Shown here: positions 51,301 to 64,000 of the stretch, one piece after another | Position numbering within the stretch: the first letter of the stretch is position 1 | Layout of the letters: every line of letters starts with the position of its first letter | Assembly (NCBI GenBank): GCA_964016885.1 | Contig: OZ024740.1 | Span: forward strand, 209,684,001-209,748,000 | Length of the DNA: 64,000 nt | From: Eledone cirrhosa | Lineage: Eukaryota | Direction of reading: 5' to 3' | Made by a program: the position numbers and the translations under genes | Notes under the pieces: model-generated | Database searches by the model: none | What the model was told of the DNA's origin: nothing | Seen by the model: only the letters and a program-made list of their open reading frames with translations

Positions 51301-54300
51301 GTGTGTGACTGTCTGTATCTATGTGTGTGTGAGTGTGTGTGACTGTCTATATCTATGTGTGTGTGAGTGTGTATGACTGTCTGTATCTATGTGTGTGTGT
51401 GTGTGACTGTCTGTATATATATGTGTGTGTAAGTGTGACTGTCTCTATCTATGTGTGTGTGAGTGTGTGTGACTGTCTGTATCTATGTGTGTGAGTGTTT
51501 GTGACTGTCTGTATCTATGTGTGTGTGAGTGTGTGTGACTGTCTGTATCTATATGTGTGTGAGTGTGTGTGACTGTCTGTACCTATGTGTGTGTGTGTGT
51601 GACTGTCTGTATATATATGTGTGTGTAAGTGTGACTGTCTCTATCTATGTGTGTGTGAGTGTATGTGACTGTCTGTATCTATGTGTGTGTGAGTGTGTGT
51701 GACTGTCTGTATCTATGTGTGTGAGTGTGTGTGACTGTCTGTATCTATGTGTGTGAGTGTGTGTGACTGTCTGTATCTATGTGTGTGAGTGTGTGTGACT
51801 GTCTGTATCTATGTGTGTGAGTGTGTGTGACTGTCTGTATCTATGTGTGCGAGTGTGTGTGACTGTCTGTATCTATATATGTGAGTGTGTGTGACTGTCT
51901 GTATCTATGTGTGTGAGTGTATGTGACTGTCTCTATCTATGTGTGTGTGAGTGTGTGTGACTGTCTGAATCTATGTGTGTGAGTGTGTGTGACTGTCTGT
52001 ATCTATGTCTGTGAGTGTGTGTGACTGTCTGTATCTATGTGTGTGAGTGTGTGTGACTGTCTGTATCTATGTGTGTGTGTGTGTGTGACTGTCTGTAACT
52101 ATATGTGTGAGTGTGTGTGACTGTCTGTATCTATGTGTGTGTGAGTGTGTGTGACGGTCTGTATCTATGTGTGTGTGTGTGTGTGTGTGACTGTCTGTAT
52201 CTATATGTGTGAGTGTGTGTGACTGTCTGTATCTATGTGTGTGTGAGTGTGTGTGACTGTCTGTATCTATGTCTGTGAGTGTGTGTGACTGTCTGTATCT
52301 ATATGTATGAGTGTGTGTGACTGTCTGTATCTATATGTGTGTGAGTGTGTGTGACTGTCTGTATCTATGTGTGTTTGAGTGTGTGTGACTGTCTGTATCT
52401 ATGTGTGTGTGAGTGTGTGTGACTGTCTGTATCTATATGTGTGTGAGTGTGTGTGACTGTCTGTACCTATGTCTGTGAGTGTGTGTGACTGTCTGTATCT
52501 ATATGTGTGAGTGTGTGTGACTGTCTGTATCTATATGTGTGTGAGTGTGTGTGACTGTCTGTATCTATGTGTGTGTGAGTGTGTGTGACTGTCTGTATCT
52601 ATATGTGTGTGAGTGTGTGTGACTGTCTGTATCTATATGTGTGTGAGTGTGTGTGACTGTCTGTATCTATGTGTGTGTGAGTGTGTGTGACTGTCTGTAT
52701 CTATGTGTGTGTGTGTGTGTGACTGTCTGTATCTATATGTGTGAGTGTGTGTGACTGTCTGTATCTATGTGTGTGTGAGTGTGTGTGACTGTCTGTATCT
52801 ATGTGTGTGTGTGTGTGTGACTGTCTGTATCTATATGTGTGAGTGTGTGTGACTGTCTGTATCTATGTGTGTGTGAGTGTGTGTGACTGTCTGTATCTAT
52901 GTCTGTGAGTGTGTGTGACTGTCTGTATCTATATGTGTGTGAGTGTGTGTGACTGTCTGTATCTATGTCTGTGAGTGTGTGTGACTGTCTCTATCTATGT
53001 GTGTGTGAGTGTATGTGACTGTCTGTATCTATGTGTGTGTGAGTGTGTGTGACTGTCTGTACCTATGTGTGAGTGTGTGTGACTGTCTGTATCTATGTGT
53101 GTGAGAGTGTGTGTGACTGTCTGTATCTATGTGTGTGTGTGTGTGACTGTCTGTATCTATGTGTGTGTGTGTGTGTGACTGTCTGTATCTATGTGTGAGT
53201 GTGTGTGACTGTCTCTATCTATGTGTGTGAGTGTGTGTGACTGTCTGTATCTATATGTGTGTGAGTGTGTGTGACTGTCTGTATCTATGTGTGTGTGAGT
53301 GTGTGTGACTGTCTGTATCTATATTTGTGTGAGTGTGTGTGACTGTCTGTATCTATGTGTGTGTGAGTGTGTGTGACTGTCTGTATCTATGTGTGTGTGA
53401 GTGTGTGTGACTGTCTGTATCTATGTGTGTGAGTGTGTGTGACTGTCTGTATCTATGTGTGTGTGAGTGTGTGTGAGTGTCTGTATCTATATTTGTGTGA
53501 GTGTGTGTGACTGTCTGTATCTATGTGTGTGTGAGTGTGTGTGACTGTCTGTATCTATGTGTGTGTGAGTGTGTGTGACTGTCTGTATCTATGTGTGTGA
53601 GTGTGTGTGACTGTCTGTATCTATGTGTGCGAGTGTGTGTGACTGTCTGTATCTATGTGTGTGTGAGTGTGTGTGACTGTCTGTATCTATGTGTTTGAGT
53701 GTGTGACTGTCTGTATCTATGTGTGTGTGAGTGTGTGTGACTGTCTGTACCTATGTGTGAGTGTGTGTGACTGTCTGTATCTATGTGTGTGTGAGTGTGT
53801 TTGACTGTCTGTATCTATATGTGTGAGTGTGTGTGACTGTCTGTATCTATATGTGTGTGAGTGTGTGTGACTGTCTGTATCTATGTGTGTGTGACTGTCT
53901 GTATCTATGTGTGTGTGACTGTCTGTATCTATGTGTGTGTGAGTGTGTGTGACTGTCTGTATCTATATGTGTGTGAGTGTGTGTGACTGTCTGTATCTAT
54001 GTGTGTGTGAGTGTGTGTGACTGTCTGTATCTATGTGTGTGTGAGTGTGTGTGACTGTCTGTATCTATGTGTGTGAGTGTGTGTGACTGTCTGTATCTAT
54101 GTGTGTGAGTGTGTGTGACTGTCTGTATCTATGTGTTTGAGTGTGTGACTGTCTGTATCTATGTGTGTGTGAGTGTGTGTGACTGTCTGTACCTATGTGT
54201 GAGTGTGTGTGACTGTCTGTATCTATGTGTGTGTGAGTGTGTGTGAGTGTCTGTATCTATGTGAGTGAGTGTGTGTGACTCTCTGTATCTATGTGTATGT

Positions 54301-57300
54301 GAGTGTGTGTGACTGTCTGTATCTATGTGTGTGAGTGTGTGTGACTGTCTGTATCTATGTGTGTGTGAGTGTGTGTGACTGTCTGTATCTATGTGTGTGA
54401 GTGTGTGTGACTGTCTGTATCTATGTGTGTGAGTGTGTGTGACTGTCTGTATCTATGTGTGTGTGAGTGTGTGTGACTGTCTGTATCTATGTGTGTGAGT
54501 GTGTGTGACTGTCTGTATATATGTGTGTGTGAGTGTGTGTGACTGTCTGTATCTATGTATGTGTGAGTGTGTGTGACTGTCTGTATCTATGTGTGTGTGA
54601 GTGTGTGTGACTGTCTGTATCTATGTGTGTGAGTGGGTGTGACTGTCTGTATCTATGTGTGTGTGAGTGTGTGTGACTGTCTGTATCTATATGTGTGTGA
54701 GTGTGTGTGACTGTTTGTATCTATGTGTGTGTGTGAGTGTGTGTGACTGTCTGTATCTACGTGTGTGAGTGTGTGTGACTGTCTGTATCTATGTGTGTGT
54801 GAGTGTGTGTGACTGTTTGTATCTGTGTGTGAGTGTGTGTGACTGACTGTATCTATGTGTGAGTGTGTGTGACTGTCTGTATCTATGTGTGTGTGACTGT
54901 CTGTATCTATGTTTGTGAGTGTGTGTGACTGACTGTATCTATGTGTGTGTGAGTGTGTGTGACTGTCTGTATCTATGTGTGTGTGAGTGTGTGTGACTGT
55001 CTGTATCTACGTGTGTGAGTGTGTGTGACTGTCTGTATCTATGTGTGTGTGAGTGTGTGTGACTATCTGTATCTATGTGAGTGTGTGTGACTGTCTGTAT
55101 CTATGTGTGTGTGAGTGTGTGTGACTGCCTGTATCTATGTGAGTGTGTGTGACTGTCTGTATCTATGTGTGTGTGAGTGTGTGTGACTGTCTGTATCTAT
55201 GTGAGTGTGTGTGACTGTCTGTATCTATGTGTGTGTGAGTGGGTGTGACTGTCTGTATCTATGTGTGTGTGAGTGTGTGTGACTGTCTGTATCTATGTGT
55301 GTGAGTGTGTGTGACTGACTGTATCTATGTGTGTGTGAGTGTGTGTGACTGTCTGTATCTATGTGAGTGTGTGTGACTGTCTGTATCTATGTGTGTGAGT
55401 GTGTGTGACTGTCTGTATTTATATGTGGGTGAGTGTGTGTTACTGTCTGTATCGATGTGTGTGAGTGTGTGTGACTGTCTGTATCTATATGTGGGTGAGT
55501 GTGTGTGACTGTCTGTATCTATATGTGGGTGAGTGTGTGTGACTGTCTGTATCTACGTGTGTGTGAGTGTGTGTGACTGTCTGTATCTATATGTGGGTGA
55601 GTGTGTGTGACTGTCTGTATCTATGTGTGTGAGTGTGTGTGACTGTCTGTATCTATGTGTGTGAGTGTATGTGACTGTCTGTATCTATGTGTGTGAGTGT
55701 GTGTGACTGTCTGTATCTATGTGTGTGAGTGTGCGTGATTGTCTCTATCTATGTGTGTGAGTGTGTGTGACTGTCTGTATCTATGTGTGTGTGACTGTCT
55801 GTATCTATGTGTGTGAGTGTGTGTGACTGTCTCTATCTATGTGTGTGAGTGTGTATGACTGTCTGTATCTATGTGTGTGTGAGTGTGTGTGACTGTCTGT
55901 ATCTATGTGTGTGAGTATGTGACTGTCTGTATCTATGTGTGTGAGTGTGTGTGACTGTCTGTATCTATGTGTGTGAGTCTGTGTGACTGTCTGTATCTAT
56001 GTGTGAGTGTGTGTGACTGTCTCTATCTATGTGTGTGAGTGTGTGTGACTGTCTGTATCTATATGTGTGTGAGTGTGTGTGACTGTCTGTATATATGTGT
56101 GTGTGAGTGTGTGTGACTGTCTGTATCTATATTTGTGTGAGTGTGTGTGACTGTCTGTATCTATGTGTGTGTGAGTGTGTGTGACTGTCTGTATCTATGT
56201 ATGTGTGAGTGTGTGTGACTGTCTGTATCTATGTGAGTGTGTGTGACTGTCTGTATCTATGTGTGTGTGAGTGTGTGTGACTGTCTGTATCTATGTGTGT
56301 GAGTGTGTGTGACTGTCTGTATCTATGTGTGTGTGAGTGTGTGTGACTGTCTGTATCTATGTGAGTGTGTGTGACTGTCTGTATCTATGTGTGTGAGTGT
56401 GTGTGACTGTCTGTATCTATATGTGGGTGAGTGTGTGTGACTGTCTGTATCTATGTGTGTGAGTGTGTGTGACTGTCTGTATCAATATGTGGGTGAGTGT
56501 GTGTGACTGTCTGTATCTATATGTGGGTGAGTGTGTGTGACTGTCTGTATCTATGTGTGTGAGTGTGTGTGATTGTCTGTATCTATATGTGGGTGAGTGT
56601 GTGTGACTGTCTGTATCTATATGTGGGTGAGTGTGTGTGACTGTCTGTATCTACGTGTGTGTGAGTGTGTGTGACTGTCTGTATCTATATGTGGGTGAGT
56701 GTGTGTGACTGTCTGTATCTATGTGTGTGAGTGTGTGTGACTGTCTGTATCTATGTGTGTGAGTGTATGTGACTGTCTGTATCTATGTGTGTGAGTGTGT
56801 GTGACTGTCTGTATCTATGTGTGTGTGAGTGTGTGTGACTGTCTGTATCTATGTGAGTGTGTGTGACTGTCTGTATCTATGTGTGTGAGTGTGTGTGACT
56901 GTCTGTATCTATATGTGGGTGAGTGTGTGTGACTGTCTGTATCTACGTGTGTGTGAGTGTGTGTGACTGTCTGTATCTATATGTGGGTGAGTGTGTGTGA
57001 CTGTCTGTATCTATGTGTGTGAGTGTGTGTGACTGTCTGTATCTATGTGTGTGAGTGTGTGTGACTGTCTCTATCTATGTGTGTGAGTGTGTGTGACTGT
57101 CTGTATCTATATGTGTGTGAGTGTGTGTGACTGTCTGTATATATGTGTGTGTGAGTGTGTGTGACTGTCTGTATCTATATTTGTGTGAGTGCGTGTGACT
57201 GTCTGTATCTATGTGTGTATGAGTGTGTGTGACTGTCTGTATCTATGTGTGTGTGAGTGTGTGTGACTGTCTGTATCTATGTATGTGAGTGTGTGTGACT

Positions 57301-60300
57301 GTCTGTATCTATGTGTGTGTGAGTGTGTGTGACTGTCTGTATCTATGTGTGTGTGAGTGTGTGTGACTGTCTGTATCTATGTGTGTGAGTGTGTGCGACT
57401 GTCTGTATCTATGTGTGTGTGAGTTTGTGTGACTGTCTGTATCTATGTATTTGAGTGTGTGACTGTCTGTATCTATGTGTGTGTGAGTGTGTGTGACTGT
57501 CTGTATCTATGTGTGTGTGAGTGTGTGTGAGTGTCTGTATCTATGTGAGTGAGTGTGTGTGACTCTCTGTATCTATGTGTATGTGAGTGTGTGTGACTGT
57601 CTGTATCTATGTCTGTGAGTGTGTGTGACTGTCTGTATCTATGTGTGTGTTAGTGTGTGTGACTGTCTGTATCTATGTGTGTGTGAGTGTGTGTGACTGT
57701 CTGTATCTCTGTGTGTGTGAGTGTGTGTGACTGTCCGTACCTATGTGTGAGTGTGTGTGACTGTCTGTATCTATGTGTGTGTGAGTGTGTGTGACTGTCT
57801 GTATCTATGTGTGTGTGTGTGTAACTGTCTGTATCTATGTGTGAGTGTGTGTGACTGTCTCTATCTATGTGTGTGAGTGTGTGTGACTGTCCGTATCTAT
57901 ATGTGTGTGAGTGTGTGTGACTGTCTGTATCTATGTGTGTGTGAGTGTGTGTGACTGTCTGTATCTATATTTGTGTGAGTGTGTGTGACTGTCTGTATCT
58001 ATGTGTGTGTGAGTGTGTGTGACTGTCTGTTTCTATGTGTGTGTGAGTGTGTGTGACTGTCTGTATCTATGTGTGTGAGTGTGTGTGACTGTCTGTATCT
58101 ATGTGTGTGTGAGTGTGTGTGACTGTCTGTATCTATGTGTGTGTGTGTGTGTGACTGTCTGTATCTATATGTGTGAGTGTGTGTGACTGTCTGTATCTAT
58201 GTGTGTGTGAGTGTGTGTGACTGTCTGTATCTATGTGTGTGTGTGAGTGTGACTGTCTGTATCTATATGTGTGAGTGTGTGTGACTGTCTGTATCTATGT
58301 CTGTGAGTGTGTGTGACTGTCTGTATCTATATGTGTGTGAGTGTGTGTGACTGTCTGTATCTATGTCTGTGAGTGTGTGTGACTGTCTGTATCTATGTGT
58401 GTGTGAGTGTGTGTGACTGTCTGTATCTATGTGTGTGTGAGTGTGTGTGACTGTCTGTATCTATGTGTGTGAGTGTGTGTGACTGTCTGTATCTATGTGT
58501 GTGTGAGTGTGTGTGACTGTCTGTATCTATGTGTGTGACTGTCTGTATCTATGTGTGTGAGTGTGTGTGACTGTCTGTATCTATGTGTGTGTGAGTGTGT
58601 GTGACTGTCTGTATCTATGTGTTTGAGTGTGTGACTGTCTGTATCTATGTGTGTGTGAGTGTGTGAGACTGTCTGTACCTATGTGTGAGTGTGTGTGACT
58701 GTCTGTATCTATGTGTGTGTGAGTGTGTGTGACTGTCTGTATCTATGTGTGTGTGAGTGTGTGTGACTGTCTGTATCTATGTGAGTGTGTGTGACTGTCT
58801 GTATCTATGTGTGTGTGAGTGTGTGTGACTGTCTGTATCTATGTGTGTGAGTGTGTGTAACTGTCTGTATCTATGTGTGTGTGAGTGTGTGTGACTGTCT
58901 GTATCTATGTGAGTGTGTGTGACTGTCTGTATCTATGTGTGTGAGTGTGTGTGACTGTCTGTATCTATATGTGGGTGAGTGTGTGTGACTGTCTGTATCT
59001 ATGTGTGTGAGTGTGTGTGACTGTCTGTATCAATATGTGGGTGAGTGTGTGTGACTGTCTGTATCTATATGTGGGTGAGTGTGTGTGACTGTCTGTATCT
59101 ATGTGTGTGAGTGTGTGTGACTGTCTGTATCTATATGTGGGTGAGTGTGTGTGACTGTCTGTATCTACGTGTGTGTGAGTGTGTGTGACTGTCTGTATCT
59201 ATATGTGGGTGAGTGTGTGTGACTGTCTGTATCTATGTGTGTGAGTGTGTGTGACTGTCTGTATCTATGTGTGTGAGTGTATGTGACTGTCTGTATCTAT
59301 GTGTGTGAGTGTGTGTGACTGTCTGTATCTATGTGTGTGAGTGTGCGTGACTGTCTCTATCTATGTGTGTGAGTGTGTGTGACTGTCTGTATCTATGTGT
59401 GTGTGACTGTCTGTATCTATGTGTGTGAGTGTGTGTGACTGTCTCTATCTATGTGTGTGAGTGTGTATGACTGTCTGTATCTATGTGTGTGTGAGTGTGT
59501 GTGACTGTCTGTATCTATGTGTGTGAGTGTGTGTGACTGTCTGTATCTATGTGTGTGAGTGTATGTGACTGTCTGTATCTATGTGTGTGAGTGTGTGTGA
59601 CTGTCTGTATCTATGTGTGTGAGTGTGCGTGACTGTCTCTATCTATGTGTGTGAGTGTGTGTGACTGTCTGTATCTATGTGTGTGTGACTGTCTGTATCT
59701 ATGTGTGTGAGTGTGTGTGACTGTCTCTATCTATGTGTGTGAGTGTGTATGACTGTCTGTATCTATGTGTGTGTGAGTGTGTGTGACTGTCTGTATCTAT
59801 GTGTGTGAGTGTGTGTGACTGTCTGTATCTATGTGTGTGAGTGTGTGTGACTGTCTGTATCTATGTGTGAGTGTGTGTGACTGTCTCTATCTATGTGTGT
59901 GAGTGTGTGTGACTGTCTGTATCTATATGTGTGTGAGTGTGTGTGACTGTCTGTATATATGTGTGTGTGAGTGTGTGTGACTGTCTGTATCTATATTTGT
60001 GTGAGTGTGTGTGACTGTCTGTATCTATGTGTGTATGAGTGTGTGTGACTGTCTGTATCTATGTGTGTGTGAGTGTGTGTGACTGTCTGTATCTATGTAT
60101 GTGAGTGTGTGTGACTGTCTGTATCTATGTGTGTGTGACTGTCTGTATCTATGTGTGTGTGAGTGTGTGTGACTGTCTGTATCTATGTGTGTGAGTGTGT
60201 GCGACTGTCTGTATCTATGTGTGTTTGAGTTTGTGTGACTGTCTGTATCTATGTATTTGAGTGTGTGACTGTCTGTATCTATGTGTGTGTGAGTGTGTGT

Positions 60301-63300
60301 GACTGTCTGTATCTATGTGTGTGTGAGTGTGTGTGAGTGTCTGTATCTATGTGAGTGAGTGTGTGTGACTCTCTGTATCTATGTGTATGTGAGTGTGTGT
60401 GACTGTCTGTATCTATGTCTGTGAGTGTGTGTGACTGTCTGTATCTATGTGTGTGTTAGTGTGTGTGACTGTCTGTATCTATGTGTGTGTGAGTGTGTGT
60501 GACTGTCTGTATCTCTGTGTGTGTGAGTGTGTGTGACTGTCTGTACCTATGTGTGAGTGTGTGTGACTGTCTGTATCTATGTGTGTGTGAGTGTGTGTGA
60601 CTGTCTGTATCTATATGTGTGAGTGTGTGTGACTGTCTGTATCTATATGTGTGTGAGTGTGTGTGACTGTCTGTATCTATGTGTGTGTGAGTGTGTGTGA
60701 CTGTCTGTATCTATGTGTGTGTGAGTGTGTGTGACTGTCTGTATCTATATGTGTGTGAGTGTGTGTGACTGTCTGTATCTATATGTGTGTGAGTGTGTGT
60801 GACTGTCTGTTTCTATGTGTGTGTGAGTGTGTGTGACTGTCTGTATCTATGTGTGTGAGTGTGTGTGACTGTCTGTATCTATGTGTGTGTGAGTGTGTGT
60901 GACTGTCTGTATCTATGTGTGTGTGTGTGTGTGACTGTCTGTATCTATATGTGTGAGTGTGTGTGACTGTCTGTATCTATGTGTGTGTGAGTGTGTGTGA
61001 CTGTCTGTATCTATGTGTGTGTGTGTGTGTGACTGTCTGTATCTATATGTGTGAGTGTGTGTGACTGTCTGTATCTATGTCTGTGAGTGTGTGTGACTGT
61101 CTGTATCTATATGTGTGTGAGTGTGTGTGACTGTCTGTATCTATGTCTGTGAGTGTGTGTGACTGTCTGTATCTATGTGTGTGTGAGTGTGTGTGACTGT
61201 CTGTATCTATGTGTGTGTGAGTGTGTGTGACTGTCTGTATCTATGTGTGTGTGAGTGTGTGTGACTGTCTGTACCTATGTGTGAGTGTGTGTGACTGTCT
61301 GTATCTATGTGTGTGTGAGTGTGTGTGACTGTCTGTATCTATGTGTGTGTGTGTGTAACTGTCTGTATCTATGTGTGAGTGTGTGTGACTGTCTCTATCT
61401 ATGTGTGTGAGTGTGTGTGACTGTCTGTATCTATATTTGTGTGAGTGTGTGTGACTGTCTGTATCTATGTGTGTGTGAGTGTGTGTGACTGTCTGTATCT
61501 ATGTGTGTGTGAGTGTGTGTGACTGTCTGTATCTATGTGTGTGAGTGTGTGTGACTGTCTGTATCTATGTGTGTGTGAGTGTGTGTCACTGTCTGTATCT
61601 ATGTGTGTGATTGTCTGTATCTATGTGTGTGAGTGTGTGTGACTGTCTGTATCTATGTGTGTGTGAGTGTGTGTGACTGTCTGTATCTATGTGTTTGAGT
61701 GTGTGACTGTCTGTATCTATGTGTGTGTGAGTGTGTGAGACTGTCTGTACCTATGTGTGAGTGTGTGTGACTGTCTGTATCTATGTGTGTGTGAGTGTGT
61801 GTGAGTGTGTGTGACTGTCTGTATCTATATGTGTGAGTGTGTGTGACTGTCTGTATCTATATGTGTGTGAGTGTGTGTGACTGTCTGTATCTATGTGTGT
61901 GTGAGTGTGTGTGACTGTCTGTATCTATGTGTGTGTGAGTGTGTGTGACTGTCTGTATCTATATGTGTGTGAGTGTGTGTGACTGTCTGTATCTATATGT
62001 GTGTGAGTGTGTGTGACTGTCTGTATCTATGTGTGTGTGAGTGTGTGTGACTGTCTGAATCTATGTGTGTGTGTGTGTATGACTGTCTGTATCTATATGT
62101 GTGAGTGTGTGTGACTGTCTGTATCTATGTCTGTGAGTGTGTGTGACTGTCTGTATCTATATGTGTGAGTGTGTGTGACTGTCTGTATCTATATGTGTGT
62201 GAGTGTGTGTGACTGTCTGTATCTATGTGTGTGTGAGTGTGTGTGAGTGTGTGTGACTGTCTGTATCTATATTTGTGTGAGTGTGTGTGACTGTCTGTAT
62301 CTATGTGTGTGTGAGTGTGTGTGACTGTCTGTATCTATGTGTGTGTGAGTGTGTGTGAGTGTCTGTATCTATGTGTGTGAGTGTGTGTGACTGTCTGTAT
62401 CTATGTGTGTGAGTGTGTGTGACTGTCTGTATCTATGTGTGTGTGAGTGTGTGTGACTGTCTGTATCTATGTGTGTGTGAGTGTGTGTGACTGTCTGTAC
62501 CTATGTGTGAGTGTGTGTGACTGTCTGTATCTATGTGTGTGTGAGTGTCTGTATCTATGTGAGTGAGTGTGTGTGACTCTCTGTATCTATGTGTATGTGA
62601 GTGTGTGTGACTGTCTGTATCCATGTGTGTGAGTGTGTGTGACTGTCTGTATCTATGTGTGTGTGAGTGTGTGTGACTGTCTGTATCTATGTGTGTGAGT
62701 GTGTGTGACTGTCTGTATCTATGTGTGTGAGTGTGTGTGACTGTCTGTATCTATGTGTGTGTGAGTGTGTGTGACTGTCTGTATCTATGTGTGTGAGTGT
62801 GTGTGACTGTCTGTATCTACGTGTGTGAGTGTGTGTGACTGTCTGTATCTATGTGTGTGTGAGTGTGTGTGACTGTCTGTATCTATGTGTGAGTGTGTGT
62901 GTGACTGTCTGTATCTATATGTGTGAGTGTGTGTGAATGTCTGTATCTATATGTGTGTGAGTGTGTGTGACTGTATCTATGTGTGTGAGTGTGTGACTGG
63001 CTGTATCTATGTGTGTGTGAGTGTGTGTGACTGTCTGTATCTATGTGTGTGAGTGGGTGTGACTGTCTGTATCTATGTGTGTGTGAGTGTGTGTGACTGT
63101 CTGTATCTATATGTGTGTGAGTGTGTGTGACTGTTTGTATCTATGTGTGAGTGAGTGTGACTGTCTGTATCTATGTGTGTGAGTGTGTGTGACTGTCTGT
63201 ATCTATGTGTATGTGAGTGTGTGTGACTGTCTGTATCTATGTGTGTGAGTGTGTGTGACTGTCTGTATCTATGTGTGTGTGAGTGTGTGTGACTGTCGGT

Positions 63301-64000
63301 ATCTATGTGTGTGAGTGTGTGTGACTGTTTGTATCTATGTGTGTGAGTGTGTGTGACTGTCTGTATCTATGTGTGTGTGAGTGTGTGTGACTGTCTGTAT
63401 CTATGTGTGTGTGAGTGTGTGTGACTGTCTGTATCTATGTGTGTGAGTGTGTGTGACTGTCTGTACCTATGTGTGTGTGAGTGTGTGTGACTGTCTGTAT
63501 CTATGTGTGTGTGAGTGTGTGTGACTGTCGGTATCTGTGTGTGTGAGTGTGTGTGACTGTTTGTATCTATGTGTGTGAGTGTGTGTGACTGTCTGTATCT
63601 ATATGTGTGTGAGTGTGTGTGACTGTATCTATGTGTGTGAGTGCGTGACTGTCTGTACCTATGTGTGTGTGTGTGTGTGTGTGACTGTCTGTATTTATGT
63701 GTGTGTGACTGTGTGTGATTGTCTCTATCTATGTGTGTGTGACTGTCTGTATCTATGTGTGTGTGAGTGTGTGTGACTGTCTGTATCTATATCTGTGTGA
63801 GTGTGTGTGACTGTCTGTATCTATATCTGTGTGAGTGTGTGTGACTGTCTGTATCTATATATGTGTGTGAGTGTGTGTGACTGTCTGTATCTATGTGTGT
63901 GAGTGTGTGTGACTGTCTGTATCTATGTGTGTGTGAGTGTGTGTGACTGTCTGTATCTATGTGTGTGAGTGTGTGTGACTGTCTGTATCTGTGTGTGAGT
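45371..64000. repeat. >18.6-kb satellite, 32/34-bp unit GACTGTCTGTATCTAT-(GT)3-4GA-(GT)4, running off the window end
   Basis: Continuous tandem array of roughly 560 units; shared rare variants define higher-order blocks. Confidence 0.98.

Noticed and set aside
49607-63776. His/Thr-rich repeat ORFs
   Set aside because: The 22-aa periodicity simply reflects 32+34-bp satellite units.

Overview
Eukaryotic, repeat-saturated, essentially gene-free DNA. The SINE families and microsatellite load suggest a cephalopod (octopus-like) genome; this is an inference. Bases 1-45.3 kb are a mosaic of decayed mobile elements. They include a complete but frameshifted Ty3/Gypsy LTR retrotransposon (11987-17642, minus strand) with 4-bp TSD, tRNA-Trp-like PBS, GGGAAAC -1 frameshift site and an 8x38-bp array in its 3' UTR. 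There are also three stacked L1/Tx1-clade LINE copies at one (GATA)n site, R4/Dong-, CRE- and CR1-type LINE fragments, three non-autonomous RTE-derived elements, many tRNA-derived SINEs, several MITEs, and numerous Penelope-like element (PLE) ends carrying hammerhead-ribozyme remnants next to (TA)n tracts. Bases 45.37-64 kb are one 32/34-bp satellite array with kb-scale higher-order duplications. The most interesting signals are: (i) head-to-head palindromic PLE/hammerhead 3'-end islands anchored in (TA)n, (ii) a hammerhead core with an ~83-nt stem II insertion, (iii) unusually long (40-108 bp) direct repeats flanking microsatellite-anchored retro-insertions, and (iv) apparent (GATA)n targeting by a Tx1 family. 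No intact host gene or CRISPR array is supported. All alignments and translations outside the supplied ORF track were done by eye.
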